From: the human T2T-CHM13v2.0 reference genome, Homo sapiens
Direction: 5' to 3' (one strand)
Assembly (NCBI RefSeq): GCF_009914755.1
Contig: NC_060945.1
DNA length: 64,000 nucleotides
Part shown: in pieces, positions 38,959 through 53,179 of the stretch
How positions within the stretch are numbered: position 1 is the stretch's first letter
Layout: every line of letters begins with the position of its first letter
Made by a program: the position numbers and the translations under genes
Notes under the pieces: generated by a model
Databases searched by the model: none
Told to the model about the DNA's origin: nothing
The model's input: the letters and a program-made list of their open reading frames with translations, nothing else

Positions 38959-39736
38959 GTAACACAAAGCCACACTGACAGGAGAACAGGCCAGAGCAGC
39001 AGAGCAGAGCCCCAGTGGGAGGAGGTGTGGGGGCCCTGCCGCTGCAGCAGTTTCCAGCTTCCATGGGAGGCTGTGGGCCAGCCTCAGGTGCTGCCAAGGG
39101 CGTGGGTGGTGCCATGCTGCCACTGTGGCTGGATGGTGGGGCCTGAGGTGCTCAGAGCAGGGCACCCCGGCCATGGGAGGCGGCCGTGGGAGCAGGAAAT
39201 AGAGGTCTCACCATGGTGTGCTTTGGAAATGGGTTTTGTAGGACTACAAGCAAACCCTTAAGGAGGAAGATCAGTCTGTGCTGGATTTGCCTGCACCCCT
39301 CCCGACTTGCATTAAAATGTTCATTCCTCAGATACTGTGGGGTAGCACATAGATTTGTAGATTCAGTGACCAAGGCCATGAAACAGACACAGTTGTTTGC
39401 CTGGGGCTTAGCAGGTTCCTAGGTGCCCGTGAAGAAGATGCCACACACGCACCACACCTTGTGGCTCCATGTGCACATGGCCGGTGCCACAGTGGCTTCC
39501 TGGTGGCCAGGCAGGTGTCCTGTAATGACCCTCCCCTCACCAAGGCCCTGAGGACTGCAGTGCACACACATGCCAGCCACAGCAGGGTTAAATTGGGTGG
39601 GCAGCGATGGGAGGTGTTTGTGGCCTCTTTGAATGCTGCGGCCAGGAGACTTCCAGCGTGGGCTTGGACTGCAGGTTGGGGCAGCCTCCTTTACCCCTGG
39701 TACCTGGAATGTCGTCATCTTCATAAGAAACAGACT

Positions 39737-41458
39737 CACCTGGGCCGTGCTGTCCTGAGATGAGTGAACACGTCGGCCATGCCGTCCTGAGATGAACAAA
39801 CACGTCGGCCATGCTGTCCTGAGATGAACAAACACGTCGGCCGTGCCGTCCTGAAATGAATGAACACATCAGCCATGCTGTCCTGAAATGAATGAACACA
39901 TCGGCCATGCTGTCCTGAGATGAATGAACACCTGGGCCATGCCGTCCTGAAATGAATGAACACGTCGGCCATGCCGTCCTGAGATGAATGAACACATCGG
40001 CCATGCTGTCCTGAGATGAACAAACACCCGGGCCATGCTGTCCTGAGATGAACGAACACCCGGGCCATGCTGTCCTGAGATGAACGAACACCTGGGCCAT
40101 GCTGTCCCGAGATGAATGAACATGTCGGCCGTGCCATCCTGAGATGAATGAACACAACGGTCATGCTGTCCTGAGATGAATGAACACCTGGGCCATGCCA
40201 TCCTGAAATGAATGAACACATTGGCCATGCTGTCCTGAGGTGGATGAACACCTAGTCCATGCCATCCTGAGATGAATGAACACATCAGCCATGCCGTCCC
40301 GAGATGAATGAACACATCGGCCATGCTGTCCTGAGATGAACGAACACCTGGGCCTTGCCGTCCTGAGATGGATGGACACCTGGTCCATGCCGTCATGAGA
40401 TGAATAAACACATCAGCCAAGCTATCCTGAGATGAATGAACACATCAGCCATGCTGTCCTGAGATGAGTGAACACCTGGTCCATGCCATCCTGAGATGAA
40501 TGAACACATCGGCCATGCCGTCCTGAGATGAATGAACACATCGGCCATGCTGTCCTGAGATGAACAAACACCTGGGCCATGCTGTCCTGAGATGAACGAA
40601 CACCTGGGCCATGCCGTCCTGAGATGAACGAACACGTCGGCCATGCCGTCCTGAGATGAACGAACACCCGGGCCATGCTGTCCTGAGATGAACGAACACC
40701 TGGGCCATGCTGTCCCGAGATGAATGAACACGTCGGCCGTGCCGTCCTGAGATGAATGAACACAACAGTCATGCTGTCCTGAGATGAATGAACACCTGGG
40801 CCATGCCATCCTGAAATGAATGAACACATTGGCCATGCTGTCCTGAGGTGGATGAACACCTGGTCCATGCCATCCTGAGATGAATGAACACATCAGCCAT
40901 GCCGTCCCGAGATGAATGAACACATCGGCCATGCTGTCCTGAGATGAACGAACACCTGGGCCTTGCCGTCCTGAGATGGATGGACATCTGGTCCATGCCG
41001 TCATGAGATGAATAAACACATCAGCCAAGCTATCCTGAGATGAATGAACACATCAGCCATGCTGTCCTGAGATGAGTGAACACCTGGGCCATGCCGTTCT
41101 GAGATGAATGAACACATCGGCCATGCTGTCTTGAGATGAATGAACACATCAGCCATGCCGTTCTGAGATGAATGAACACATCGGCCACGCCGTCTTGAGA
41201 TGAATGAACACATCAGCCATGCCATCCTGAGATGAATGAACACATTGGCCATGCTGTCTTGAGATGAATGAACACCTGGGCCATGCTGTCTTGAGATGAA
41301 TGAACACCTGGGCCATGCTGTCCTGAGACGAATGAACACCTGGGCCATGCTGTCTTGAGATGAATGAACACATCAGCCATGCTCTCCTGAGAGGGATGAA
41401 CACCTGGGCCTTGCCGTCCTGAGATGAATGAACACATTGACCATGCTGTCCTGAGATG
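39737..41458. repeat. Minisatellite, 32-bp unit, ~54 copies, with a 608-bp higher-order duplication
   Basis: Unit cacatcggccatgctgtcctgagatgaatgaa; rare variants recur at +608. Confidence 0.97.
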
Positions 41459-43365
41459 ATTGTCCTGGTTATGCAGACATTTCTTTATATTATTTGCTTA
41501 ACTTTAATGCCCTCCTAGGAAGATTTCCCATACTTTCCTCCCTTCAATCAAAATATCCCAAGTTCAACAGGTCTGGCTCACTCCTCTCTATTCATCTAAG
41601 GTCTACTTTGTTCAGGAATTTCTGTCTAGGACTCAGGCAGGACCAAGGAAATCTTTTCAGTGACATTTTAAATATCACTGTTTATGGAATGTGTATAGAT
41701 AACTGAATAACCAAATAAGTGTTGTTTTGAAAGTATCTTTATTAAAAGAATATAAAGAACAGAAACTCTAGGCTTATATATGCAAAGGAAAAATAATGGA
41801 GAATTAGAGATGAATTGGTTCATTCAGCACCAGCTGATCCCCTCCTGTGCTGGACGGTCCCACAGGACCACGTCTGCCCTGTGGGGTCACTCCCTGCCAG
41901 GGAGACTGGCTGGCCACAGTGAGAGGTGGTGCCAGTACCATAAGACAAGATGAGAGGTGGCATTGTGGACAAACTGCCCCACCCAGGGCCCAGGGAGGGT
42001 GTGGCTGGCAGGGACGGGGGGCAGGGCAGAGGTGGTGGGGAGGAACAGGAGCTGTGTGGCTTTAACATGGAGTTGGGGGGCACAGGAGGCGCCGTGAGGA
42101 AGTAGGAGCTCATTGGGAGTCTCCAACCATTGGAGGTGCATTTTGGGGACCCCTCTGGTCTGTCTGGAACCTAGGCTGAGGGGCACAGCAGAGGCAGGAA
42201 CCAGCAAGAGGGAAGCATGGGGGTGGGAGGAGGGCTCCCCAGTCTGGGGTATTCTGAAGGTACATCAGCTGGGCCTGCGATGGTTAGGAGGGGTGGATCC
42301 TGGGGTCTCCAGGGCCCAGGCTGAGCTGCAGAATCCGAGTTACAAGAACCACGTGGGGCCTGCAAGGGGAAGAGCAGAGTGTCAGCGTTAGACTTGCAGG
42401 TTGGAGCCGCCACTTGTCCAGGAAATGGAAATGCTGAGCACGAAGAGCAGAGCAGCCTCTGGCCCCTCCTGTGCCAGTACTCATGGGGCTTGCAGCTTCC
42501 AAGCAAGAGCAAATCATGGACTTGAACTCTGAGAGGTTGTCTTTTATCTGATGGTACTAAGTGGAGATTTGTAAATATAAAAGCTTAGGCTTGATGATCA
42601 ATTAGACCCATATTGTCACTCTTCAACAAAGAAAGGTATCTATATAGAAATGTGCAGCTTTTCATTGGCCCTAGCACTTCATTTTTGGCTCAGTGATGCC
42701 ATTAGGTCTCCTTGCTCCAAATTGGAAGAACTGCCTGGTGGGCCTGAGCTGTCTGAGCCAGGCTATGTGCAGGGGCCTCTGGACAGTTACATCAGAATCA
42801 GAATGAGAGGCAACTTTGCATGCTCTGCCATCTGCTGTCCCCTGCAGGAGGCCGGGGGGTGTCACAGGGAGGTGGGGCACTGTCGGGTAGAGCCGTGTGG
42901 GCCTCAGAACCAGTGGTGTCTCCTGAGAACTAAGGGAAAATGGGCACTCAGCATCAGTGTGACCAGCATGGCCTGTGCCCTGGGTGCTGCACAGAGACCC
43001 TGAGACATGCTGGATGGCCCTGCCCTTCAGCCAGGGGCCCACCAGGGTGGCTTTCCAAGGTGTCACAAGAGAGTATACAAACATAACAGGGGAGTGAAGT
43101 CACGCTGTGCACAAAATGAAAAAAACAAAATGTCCTGCTTGGGTTTCTCTTTCCTTCTTTTGAGAGAGGTTGGGACTAAGGAAATTGGGTGGCAGTTTGG
43201 GACTGAAGCTCACAGGGTCCTGGCCCTCTGGGCTGTGCTGACCCTCACACTTGGGCCAGCTCTACAGCCCTGTCTCACTTGACCCAGGAGAGTGAGGGAC
43301 AGGCACTGGAGTGTGACTGTTAGCAGCCTTCCACCAGCCTAACCATGTCCCCTTGGTATACCCAG

Positions 43366-43418
43366 GTCTGGACGCCAGCCCACCGGCCAGCACTCATGAG
43401 CTCACCATTCCCAATGAT
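43366..43418 (+). CDS. PCBP3: PCBP3 exon (G)LDASPPASTHELTIPND (start of KH3)
   Basis: cccag acceptor and GAT|gtgagt donor; THELTIPND motif. Confidence 0.96.
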
Positions 43419-46400
43419 GTGAGTATGCCCGCTGTACCTGCCTGTCCCTGGGTAGAAACACCAGGCACAAGTGGCTGTCAGCTCTGCTGTCCTTTGGGCA
43501 GAGGGACCCACTGCTTGGTAATGCCTTCACCACCCCAACCCCACTGTTTGATCTGTGTCCTCCCTCCTTTCCTTTTTAAAGTGGGTTTAATGCCCATAAA
43601 AAGTTATGTGTTTTTACATCCCTAAGATGTTGAACAAGCAACAGGCTAAAGGGGACTTCAGATATTAATCAGTAGTCAGATGAGAGTTGGGCTGAGAACC
43701 TATGTTGCTGTGGAGGCACTGCCCTGGTGCGGGCCAAACCTTGAAGAACAAGGTGGCCCAGGAATGCTCTAGAGTGGACCCACCTGCAGTATTATCTCCA
43801 TGGGCCCTGGCCCCTCAGGAGGTTTGGGATTCTCCATGAGTTGGCTCCAACAGACTTGAAGCTGGTTGGATGTCACAGACTTGTCTAGATTCCTTCTAGC
43901 ACTCGTCAGTCTATTCATGCCTTCAGCATACCTGAGGGTGTGGCCTTACGAGCTCCCCTCAACACACACAGTCCTCCCCAGAGTAAGCACGGGTCTTGAG
44001 GATAGAGAGGACTATTCTCTGAATGCTTGACTTATCCAGAAACTGAGAGACCAGGGAGGGCATGGGCCACATGTCCTTAAGGGATAGCTGCCAGAGCAGC
44101 AAGCAGAGTCCCTGTGTGGGCTGTGGAGGTGGCTGCCCCACTTACAGCTCAAGTGTCCAGGAGGCTTTTCTGCCCTAGAGCTGTGGACTTTGGGAATCTT
44201 CACTGTTCTGCCCCTTTACACCTGCTGGGCAGGAAATCTAAGCCCTGTTCCTTCCTTTCATACAAGTTGACCATAGGAAGCACAGATTTGGCAGTTCAGG
44301 GAGATCACCAGTCCTGTGTGTGGAAGATGGACAGTGGAGCAGGAGAAAAAGAGGCAGAAGAGAGCAGGGTCGCCAGAGGAATGGACCATGAGGCTGTCTG
44401 GCTGGTGCCACTGACCCGCCTGAAGAGCCATCTTCATTTGAGCCCCTCATGGCAATGTGCACTCTAGGCCTTCTTCTATCCCGGTTGCTGGTCAGGCACA
44501 GAGTCCCCATGTCTGCTAAAAGAAGCTCAGGACACTCACACTCCAGGCAGCATTGTGGTCCAGCCTTCTGGCATCCCCAAGGATTTCTGAGGTTGGCCCA
44601 ACTTGAAAGGCAGCAGCACAGAGCCATCTCCCCAGGTGTGGGGTGGCACAGCCAACTGGTCCCTGCATTCTTGGATGGAGGGGATTTTTCCCCAACCCTT
44701 TCCCTCACTGCAGTGGTTCCTTCAGCATTTGGCTTCTGGCATCCTCCTGAGTCTTTTCCTCCAGGTAGTAAAGCCACCAGGCTTTTCCTGTGGGGTTTTC
44801 CTTCTTTGGTGAGTCAGTGCTCACTAACACCAGGTTTGGTGCTCTTATCCAAACACTCATTTAAAATGGAAATGAGCTTTAAGAGAATGAGACATCTTTG
44901 GAGAGTTGGTCAACCTGTTTCCTGGGGTCTCCTTTGTACAGATGGATGCTGGTTTTCCCAGCTCTTCATCACTCACTTCCCATCCTCCTCCTGGGGATCT
45001 TCCTAGGGAAGAGACCCACTTCTCAGAAGGAAGGCAGCTTCCTCTTATCCCAGTGCCTTTGGGTACAGCCTTCCATGCTTCTTCATGGAAAAGGCTATTG
45101 ACGACACTGTCAGGGGGCTTTCACCAGCACCCCCAGATTTTGTGGGGGATGTATCTGGGCTGCACCAAAGCTGATGTTCCTCACATGGTGGCTGCCTGCT
45201 ACCTTCTTGGAGAAAAGGAAAAAATAAAATGGGCGTGCTTGTTCTGAACTTGCCTGTCATCTCGTCCACGTCCGTCTCTTGGTCACAGTTGGATCATGCT
45301 GCCTCAGCGTTCCTGCAGAAAGACACTGCTTGGAGGCAGGGACTCCTGAGACTCACAGGCTCCCCAGCACGGCCACTGGGGACACAGGCCAGTCCAGGGG
45401 CCCCAGCCCTTTGGTTCCCTTTCTGACGATCACTGTGGGCCTCCCTCACCACCTATTTCAGTCCTTGCTCTTGGTCATGCAGGCACTGGTGCCTGTGGTC
45501 ACCCCTACTCTGCCCTAAGCAACAGTCACCCACCCACCAAGGCTCATGCCCCTTTCCTTGGTTCTTAGCTGCAGAATCAGCCAGGCCTTCTGCTGGGGAA
45601 AGGAATCTAAGGTGTCCGACAGTGGTCTCTAGGAGGAGAGGCTGCAATGGGAGTTGTTACTGCAGTTCCCGTGGAATTTGGCATTGACATCTGATTAGGA
45701 GGGGCCACATTATTTCAGAATATTTCTATCGTTCTTCTTTGAATTTGCAATGGAGGCACACAAGGGTGAGGAGAGAGGAGGAGAGGAGTCTGCTAACTGC
45801 TGGCAGGGTTTGCAGGTGCAGGTGGGGCCAGGTGGGAGGTGCCCTTGGGCTGCAGGGCTCAGCCTAGAAGGCATCCTCCCCTGCACTGAGCCAGCTGGCC
45901 TAGGGCAGGGCAGGTGAAGGAGGTCCGACCTCCCCACATTCCCTTCTCATGGCAGAGAGTGCCAGTATAGAAGTCACAGTGCTGTTCACCTTGGCATTTG
46001 TGGTTAGGCGGGCATGCCCTGGCTGCTCAATGATGTCCCATCAGCATTCAGACCCCACAGCTGTGTGCAGAGGAGGGGAAAGGCCTGTGGCAAAGGCAGC
46101 ACCCTCCAGAGCCTGGGGAGATGGGCACCCTGAGCAGCACATTGCAGGGAGCAGAGGGAGAGGGCGGGGTGAGAGCAGGAGGGGGATGCGTGCCAGAGCA
46201 CAGCTGGAGCGAGGCAGTTAGAAGACAGGGGCAGATGGTTAAGAGAAGAGGGTAGGCCCTGTTTGCAGGAGGGGCAGGGAGATACTTCCTCCAGCAGGCT
46301 CCGAGGAGAGATCCAACAGCACATGTGCACAAGGCTTTCCGTGCTGTGCGCTTCAGCAGACACCACGCGCTCCAGCGCAGAAAGTGTTAGGGAGGAAAGC

Positions 46401-48142
46401 GGCTGCGTGCTGGCCAAGGAGGGGTATAGGAAGTGGGGCAGTGCGAAAGCCCAGGAGCTGCTCTCCCTCCTGGATGTTGGCATCTTACAGGGACCTGTGG
46501 TCATGCTGCCGAGTCAGCCATGTTCCCCCTCCCCATGCGGGCCGTGCTGCTGTCCCTGGCCCCCATCAGAGATGAGCCCTTCAGATCTCTCTGCCACCAG
46601 GGAGGAAGATGCAGCCAGGCAGGTGAATGTGGCCATGTGCCAATTAGGAAACCACCCTCCTAACCCCAGTGGCACACTCAACACCACACACAGGTGTGAG
46701 CAGGGAGAGGGCTGGACTGCGGGTGGGGCCTTGGGAGATGTGGGTGGGGTCTGGGAGATGTGGGTGGGGTCTGAGAGGTGTGGGGGAGCCCAGAGATGCA
46801 GCAGGAGATAGAAGACTCCCAGCAGCCCTGGATTCTCCAGAGTGGGGGTCTCTGTGGATATCTACAAAGACTGAGGGTTCTGTAGTCCAGTGAGACAGCT
46901 GTCATTTCCTTGTAACCAGCAGAGATGGCCTCTAAGGTGAGCAGAGTTGAGACACCATAGGTCTCCTCAGGGACAAGGGCTGGCTGGCAGGGCACCTGTG
47001 TCCCACCATGGAGCTGCTGCTCACCCCACAGACTGAGCCCCTTCACGCTTGCAAGTGGACGTCCCTCCTGCATGCCGCCACATGGCCCAGCCCAGCCCTT
47101 CCATCCAGCGTCTTACTGGTGTAAGGACAGAAACCTGCTCCTGTCACTCAATTTCACCACCGTTCTGACACCCCAGCAGCCTCACGGGAGGTGGGAGTGG
47201 ACTCTGCCTCAGGGCCCTCGGGGACCCATGTGCCCAGCTGCCCTCCTGGTGCCCTGTGCCGGGCACCCTCCAGTCTGGGGCTTTCTCTGCCACAGGTCTG
47301 GCCACGTCTCTTTCCTGTCCAAGCTCCAGAGCTCTCATCCGTGGCCTATGCGTGCATGAAGGGACTCCGTTCCATCCAATGGTGGGCATTGAGAGATGCC
47401 ATTGGCTCCTGTGCAGTCTTCTCTGGGGGCCCGAGTTGTCCCCGACGCCCCTCATGGCTGCCCCATAGGCCCCGCCCTCCTCCCTCAGCTGCTTCAAGGA
47501 GCACCCTCATTCTTGATGACTGCCTTGGCCAGAGGCCACTGTGTTCCATCTTTAAACAGGGGTCCCAACAGGGGAATGAAAGGAGGCACCCGAATGGCCT
47601 CAGAGTTTAATCTAAGTTCAGCAAAAGCTAAGTTTTAGGCAGCAGTGAGCTTTGCTGTGGCTTCAAGCACACGTTTCTTCTTGAGCATTTGTGATGCTGC
47701 CTGTCTGGGCAGAAGGGGTCTCCCTGGGATGTGGCCAAGAAGGTGCAGACACCGCTGGGCCATGGTGGAGCCTCCCTGCTCAGCTGCTGGCTGCCACCTG
47801 TGGGTCGCTCCTGGACCCCGGGGTGACCAGTGTGGAGCACCCAGGCCGAGTGACTGTGCCTCTTGGCTGGGTGGGCCTCCTACAGGAGTGGGTAGCAGGG
47901 CGGGTCTGAGAGGGGCCAGCAGAGGCACAGGTGCTCTCAGCCTGACCTCGGGCAGGTGGCCTGGATCAGGCACCACCTGCAGGCAGGTGTGGGCGGGGCC
48001 TCTCCGGGGTGTTGAGCTCAGGTCTTGGGGCAGAGTCCAAGGCTGGCGGCCCGTCCCACCGGCCCCCTCGGGCGCACTGCCCACAGTCTTCAGGGGCTGG
48101 CTTGGGCTGTTCTCTAAGAAATCCCCCCGTCCTTGTTTCTAG

Positions 48143-48313
<171 letters not shown>

Positions 48314-48834
48314 TGAGCATCTCCCAAGGGTCTCTGAGAGACGCCCGGAAAGGGACGCGCCAGCCGGCGTTACATCACCTGGACGGTCGGGGGGTGGGAG
48401 GAGGCACAGTCTGGGCCACACTCTGCCTCCCCTTCTGTCCCCTCTGCTCCAGGCTGGATGGTGGGGACAGGATGGGATGGTGACAGCCTCCATGTAGACA
48501 CGGGGCCACCTCACTCTCCCGACCTCCCACCCGAAGTGTCTCCAGGGACAATCCCGGAGGCTAGAGAGGAAGGCAGGTGCTCCTGTGGCCTCAGACAGGT
48601 GGCCAGAACTATCCTGGAAGGCCTGACTCTTGTCCGCTCAGAGGTCTCCAGAAAGACCAATGTTTGGGGACTTTGCTGTTTTGCCTCCTTTTTCATTCTC
48701 ATGGAAACGTGTAGGGACGGGCAGGACAGGACTCTGCAGGCCGCTTCCTTCCATGGGTCCCTGTGCACATGGGAGGGTCTGAAGCCACCTGGGTCCCTGT
48801 GACTGCACCCCACTCGGCCTCAAGCCAGTGCCCC

Positions 48835-48955
48835 ACCCCCGCCAAGCACACCATACCACCAGTCCCCCCGCCAGGCATGCCGTACCACCAGCCCCGCCAG
48901 GCACACTGTACCACCAGCCCCCCAGCCAGGCACGCTGTACCACCAGCCCCGCCGG
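48835..48955. repeat. Short degenerate tandem repeat (~27-bp unit, ~4 copies)
   Basis: ccccgccaggcacactgtaccaccagc-like units. Confidence 0.7.
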
Positions 48956-49783
48956 CCTCTGATGTAAGGAACATCCGTCCTCTCTCCCCAAGGATGTCCT
49001 ACTGCAAGAGCCCTGAGCTGGGCTTGTGGGATGGGACGGGACGGGATGGGACTGGAGGGGAGGAGAAGGGAGGGGCCTCTAGGTGGACACAGCCCTGCGT
49101 GGGCCCTGGAACCCCTGTCCCGGTGACCCTTCTCTTACCTGCACGCCCAGTGAGTGGGTGAGAGGCTGCCTGGAGAGGACGAGGACACCCCCCGACTTTA
49201 CCCACTGATGCCCCGCTGGGCTTCTGCCTCGATCCAGAGCCAGGTTGGGCCTCTTTCCATCCCTGTGGCCACAGGCCCATGGGCAGGAGGCTGGGCAAAG
49301 TGCAGCATTGGCAAACCCAGGGCGAGCCTGGGGATGGGGCTTGTCAGGGAGGTTCCCGCCTGCCAGACCGCATTACTGACAGCCCCACTGGGACCCGTGC
49401 TTGGGGCCAGATGGCTCTTACCCACATACACTTACTCCTGTGGCAACCAAAGCCCCTTCTCAGATGCCAGGTGTGAGGCTGGGAAGGCCCTGAGCACCCC
49501 CAGGGGCCGACCCAGGGCTGTGTAGGGGGCTCCACATGGGGAAGGCCTCAAGCCCCCATGCAGGGCTGGCTCACACACCTGACGTGGTGATGGGCATGGC
49601 GGGGACCAGGGCGGGGAAGAGGCCTGTGTGCTCTGCTGTGGTCTCCAGCTCAGGACCTCCTGAGCTGACCGGGATGGCCTGTCCCAGCGAGCACAGAGGC
49701 CACACAGCCCGGCCTCACGTCTGCCCACTGATGAGGGCGTTGGTTGTGACCGTCTCTCCCTCTCCTGCCTTTGTCTGTTCCAG

Positions 49784-49820
49784 GCTGACGTCCGAGGTCA
49801 CCGGGATGGGCACGCTGTAA
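49784..49820 (+). CDS. PCBP3: PCBP3 last coding exon (R)LTSEVTGMGTL-stop
   Basis: ttccag acceptor; TAA at 49818-49820. Confidence 0.95.
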
Positions 49821-50570
49821 TCCTACCCAGCACCCTTCCCCCGCGTCACCCACCTGCCAGAGCCTAAGGCCCCCGGCTCTCGCACTCTGTACAGCCCACC
49901 TTCCCTGCCTCACAGATACCAATAGAGAGGTTTTCTTAATTAACAAAAGGACGTATGCCATGGAGAAACACACCCGCGCACACAGCTGCTCTCTACAGAG
50001 GCTGCAGGCTCCGCCGAGTCCCCCCTCAGTGTTATTTTATTTATGACTTACGCTCCCGTCTGCCCATGCACCGGCATGCAGTGGTAATTATTTTAGAAAT
50101 ATTGTTCCTTGGTGTCAGCGTAGCTGTCTGTCTTAGGAGCTGGGTCGGCGTTCCGACAGCACTTCCTGTCCGCCCTTCTCCTCTGCCATCCAGAACCGTC
50201 CAGAACTGTTGCCTGAGACCCCTCCTCTCTCACACAGCCCTGCCATGCTGACTCGGTTTCCCCTCAGAGCCATTGTTGTCTGGGCTCGAGTTTCTGCCCC
50301 AGGTTGTGTGCTGGAATCGGGGGGTGGCTCTCCTGCCACCCATGGGGAGCGCCAGGAGAGGAGGGTCATGGAGGATGTTGGGGCTCTGACCCCAGGAGTG
50401 GGGTGGAGGGCGGAGCCTGCTGGGGGCCCTGCCTTCACAGAGATGCCGCGTGCTGGGAAGGCTCTTGGGGTCCCCTGAGCGTCTTCCAGGGTGGCTGGAG
50501 AGCACAGACGCGCCAGGGAGCCCCCTCTGTGCTCCTCAGAGTTCAATAAATGTCGTGGCCCCTCCTCACC
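49821..50570 (+). other. PCBP3: PCBP3 3'UTR (end approximate)
   Basis: Runs from the stop codon to about 20 nt past AATAAA. Confidence 0.8.
50545..50550 (+). terminator. Polyadenylation signal AATAAA of PCBP3
   Basis: First canonical hexamer after the stop codon. Confidence 0.8.
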
Positions 50571-51856
50571 GGCTCTGGCTTGTCTCTGCGCCCCCCAATG
50601 CACCCAGGCCCCGGCACTTCCTTCCCCTGGGGAGACATTGCCCTGAGCCCAATGCTTATCGAGAAGCCTGGGTTTCTTCTCACACACAGATACCATTTCA
50701 TTCCCCCTTTCCACAACACACATAAGCACTTCTATTTGTACTTTGGCAAAACTACTTAAAATGACAAACACAGAAACACCATTCCTGCCCGGGCACCAAA
50801 ATGCCAGTTCCTAATTTGTGAGACTTACTCCCTTATAGCCGTTATGGGTACCAGAGGCCATGCCCGGTGACCCCCAGTGCTTCCACAGGTGGAGCCTATC
50901 CGCCTCACACCTGCTTGGGGACAGTCCACGTGGCTCACTTGGCAGCCTGTGCTCACCTTAAGAAGCCTGGCTCTGCCCCTGCTCAATCCTGAAGCCCTGG
51001 GTGTGACTCAGGCCCTCCCCTCAGGTGATTAATCCCTAACCCAGGCCCAGGGAATGGGGGGAGCCCCCAGGTGATTTATCAGGAAGGACAAGACCCGGGA
51101 TGGATGGGGAGCCAGGCACCGGGGAGGGCAGGACTCGGGGGCTCCTGTCCCAGCTCTGCAGGCTCAGGGCACCACCTCCACACCTGGATCCTGGTGTTCA
51201 CGGGATCTTCTAGAAGGTGGTGGGCCTGGGATGTGTGGACAGACATGGCTCACTGACCCCTCACTGGAGGTGTCTGTCAAGAGTCAGCAGTTCCAGGAGG
51301 ATGGGAGTCTGGCCAGAACCTGGGGAGCCTCCAGGGGCCCAGGACAGCCTGCCCCAGGCTCCTAGCCAGCCACAAGGCACCCGCTCACAGGAGCCCCTTC
51401 CTGCCTGATCAGGCAGAAGCCGGCCTGTTTCCCAGACTCCACCTGGCCTGCCTCAGCCACCTGGCCCGTGTGCCGGCCTGGAGGGCCCCGACTCAGCCTC
51501 CTGGACACACTCCTTGCCCACCCTCTGCCCCTGGGAGGAGGCTCACAGGAGTGAGCCCAGTGTGGCACGTGGGCACACATGCTGGCACCTTAGGACTGGG
51601 GTTCCCGCCGGTGGGGCCCAGACACCAGGATGCGGAAGACACAGGCCTTCCTCAGCACCCGTGTCAGTGGAGATGGTCAGTCAACAGCGTGGGTACAACT
51701 GACAATGACAGACGCCCTGGAAATGAGACACCACGAGAAGAGAGGAATCAAAATGGGATGATCATGGAAGGATCCCTAGAAAGTGCAGGCTGGGCAAGAC
51801 CTAAGAAGGTAAGCGGTTAGTTGCTCACTCACCTGGAGGAAGAACAGCAGGCAATG

Positions 51857-52268
51857 GAGCACTCCTGGTGGTGGGGGGCACTGCAGGTAGAGGGAGCACT
51901 CTGGGTAGAGGGAGCACTCCAGGTGGGGCAAAAACTCCAGGTGGAGGTGGGGAGCACTCCAGGTGGGGGAGCACTCCAGATGCGGAACACTTCAGGTGGG
52001 GGGAGCACTCCAGATGAACACTTCAGGTGGGGGGAGCACTCCAGATGAACACTTCAGGTGGGGGGAGCACTCCAGGTGAGGAACACTTCAGGTGGGGGGA
52101 GCACTCCAGGTGAGGAACACCTCAGGTGCGGGGAGCACTCCAGATGAGGAACACTTCAGGTGGGGGGAGCACCCCAGGTGAGGAACACTTCAGGTGGGGG
52201 GAGCACTCCAGGTGAGGAACACTTCAGGTGGGGGGAGCATACTAGATGTGGGGAGCACATCAGGTGCA
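51857..52268. repeat. G-rich minisatellite, 34-bp unit built from ~17-bp subunits
   Basis: Unit gaacacttcaggtggggggagcactccaggtgag. Confidence 0.9.
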
Positions 52269-53179
52269 GGGGCAGCCAGAGCTGGGGTGGAAGGGAGCCC
52301 AGAGCAGGTGAGGAGGGGAGACGGGGGAGCTGGAGTAGCAGGGTGGGGGTTGTGCAGAACTCTCAGCCCCTCAGGACTCGGGAGGACAGAGGCACAGCAG
52401 AATCCAGAGCCCCAGCTGGGCGTGAGGGGGCCTGAGTGGGGACTCAGAGCCAGGGACCAGGCTCCAAACCAGAGCTGGAGGCATCCTGTGACTCAGGGCA
52501 GCTCACAGGGCAGTGCCATGAGCATTGATTGAGCACCTGTGTGGGCCTCACAGGAGGCCCTGGACTCTCCTGTGATGGGAGGCGCGCAAAGTGGCAATTC
52601 TCAGTTCTAAGGAATCAAGTGAGCATGAGCCTCACAGCCCTGCAGATCAGCGGTTCCCATCCTGCGCCTTCTTACACCTCCAGCGACCCAGCTCCCAGTG
52701 CCCCTTCCCCACAGTGTGAGTCCCAGTTCCACCCACAACCACATGGTCAAGGCCTCGGGCTGAGGAAACGTGCAAGCTTAGAACAAGGGACACTGGGGCA
52801 CCCCAGCCCCGGTGGGCGCGCATCATGGGCGTGGGAAATGTGGCTGTTAGCTTCTGGAAGCCTATGGCCGAGTCTCCATCTAGCCCGGGCACTGGCACCT
52901 GGCCCAGGGCCACAGGGTCACACCCTGTCACTTACAGCGAGTGTCCCCAGGTCGCCAGACATCCCCGCACCTCGGTGTCCCGTGGACACAGCAGGATCTA
53001 TGCCCCTTGCTTCCTCAAGGACAGTGGGGTGTCTGTGACTGTCAGGAAAGGGGCAGGAATTGGCTGACTCCAGTGGCGTAAGGTAGATGCTCACAGTAAT
53101 TGGAAAATAATTGGACATTCTCATTAAGCAGCACATGTACCCAGGGCTTTGTCAGAAGGGCGACATCTGAGTCCCTCAG

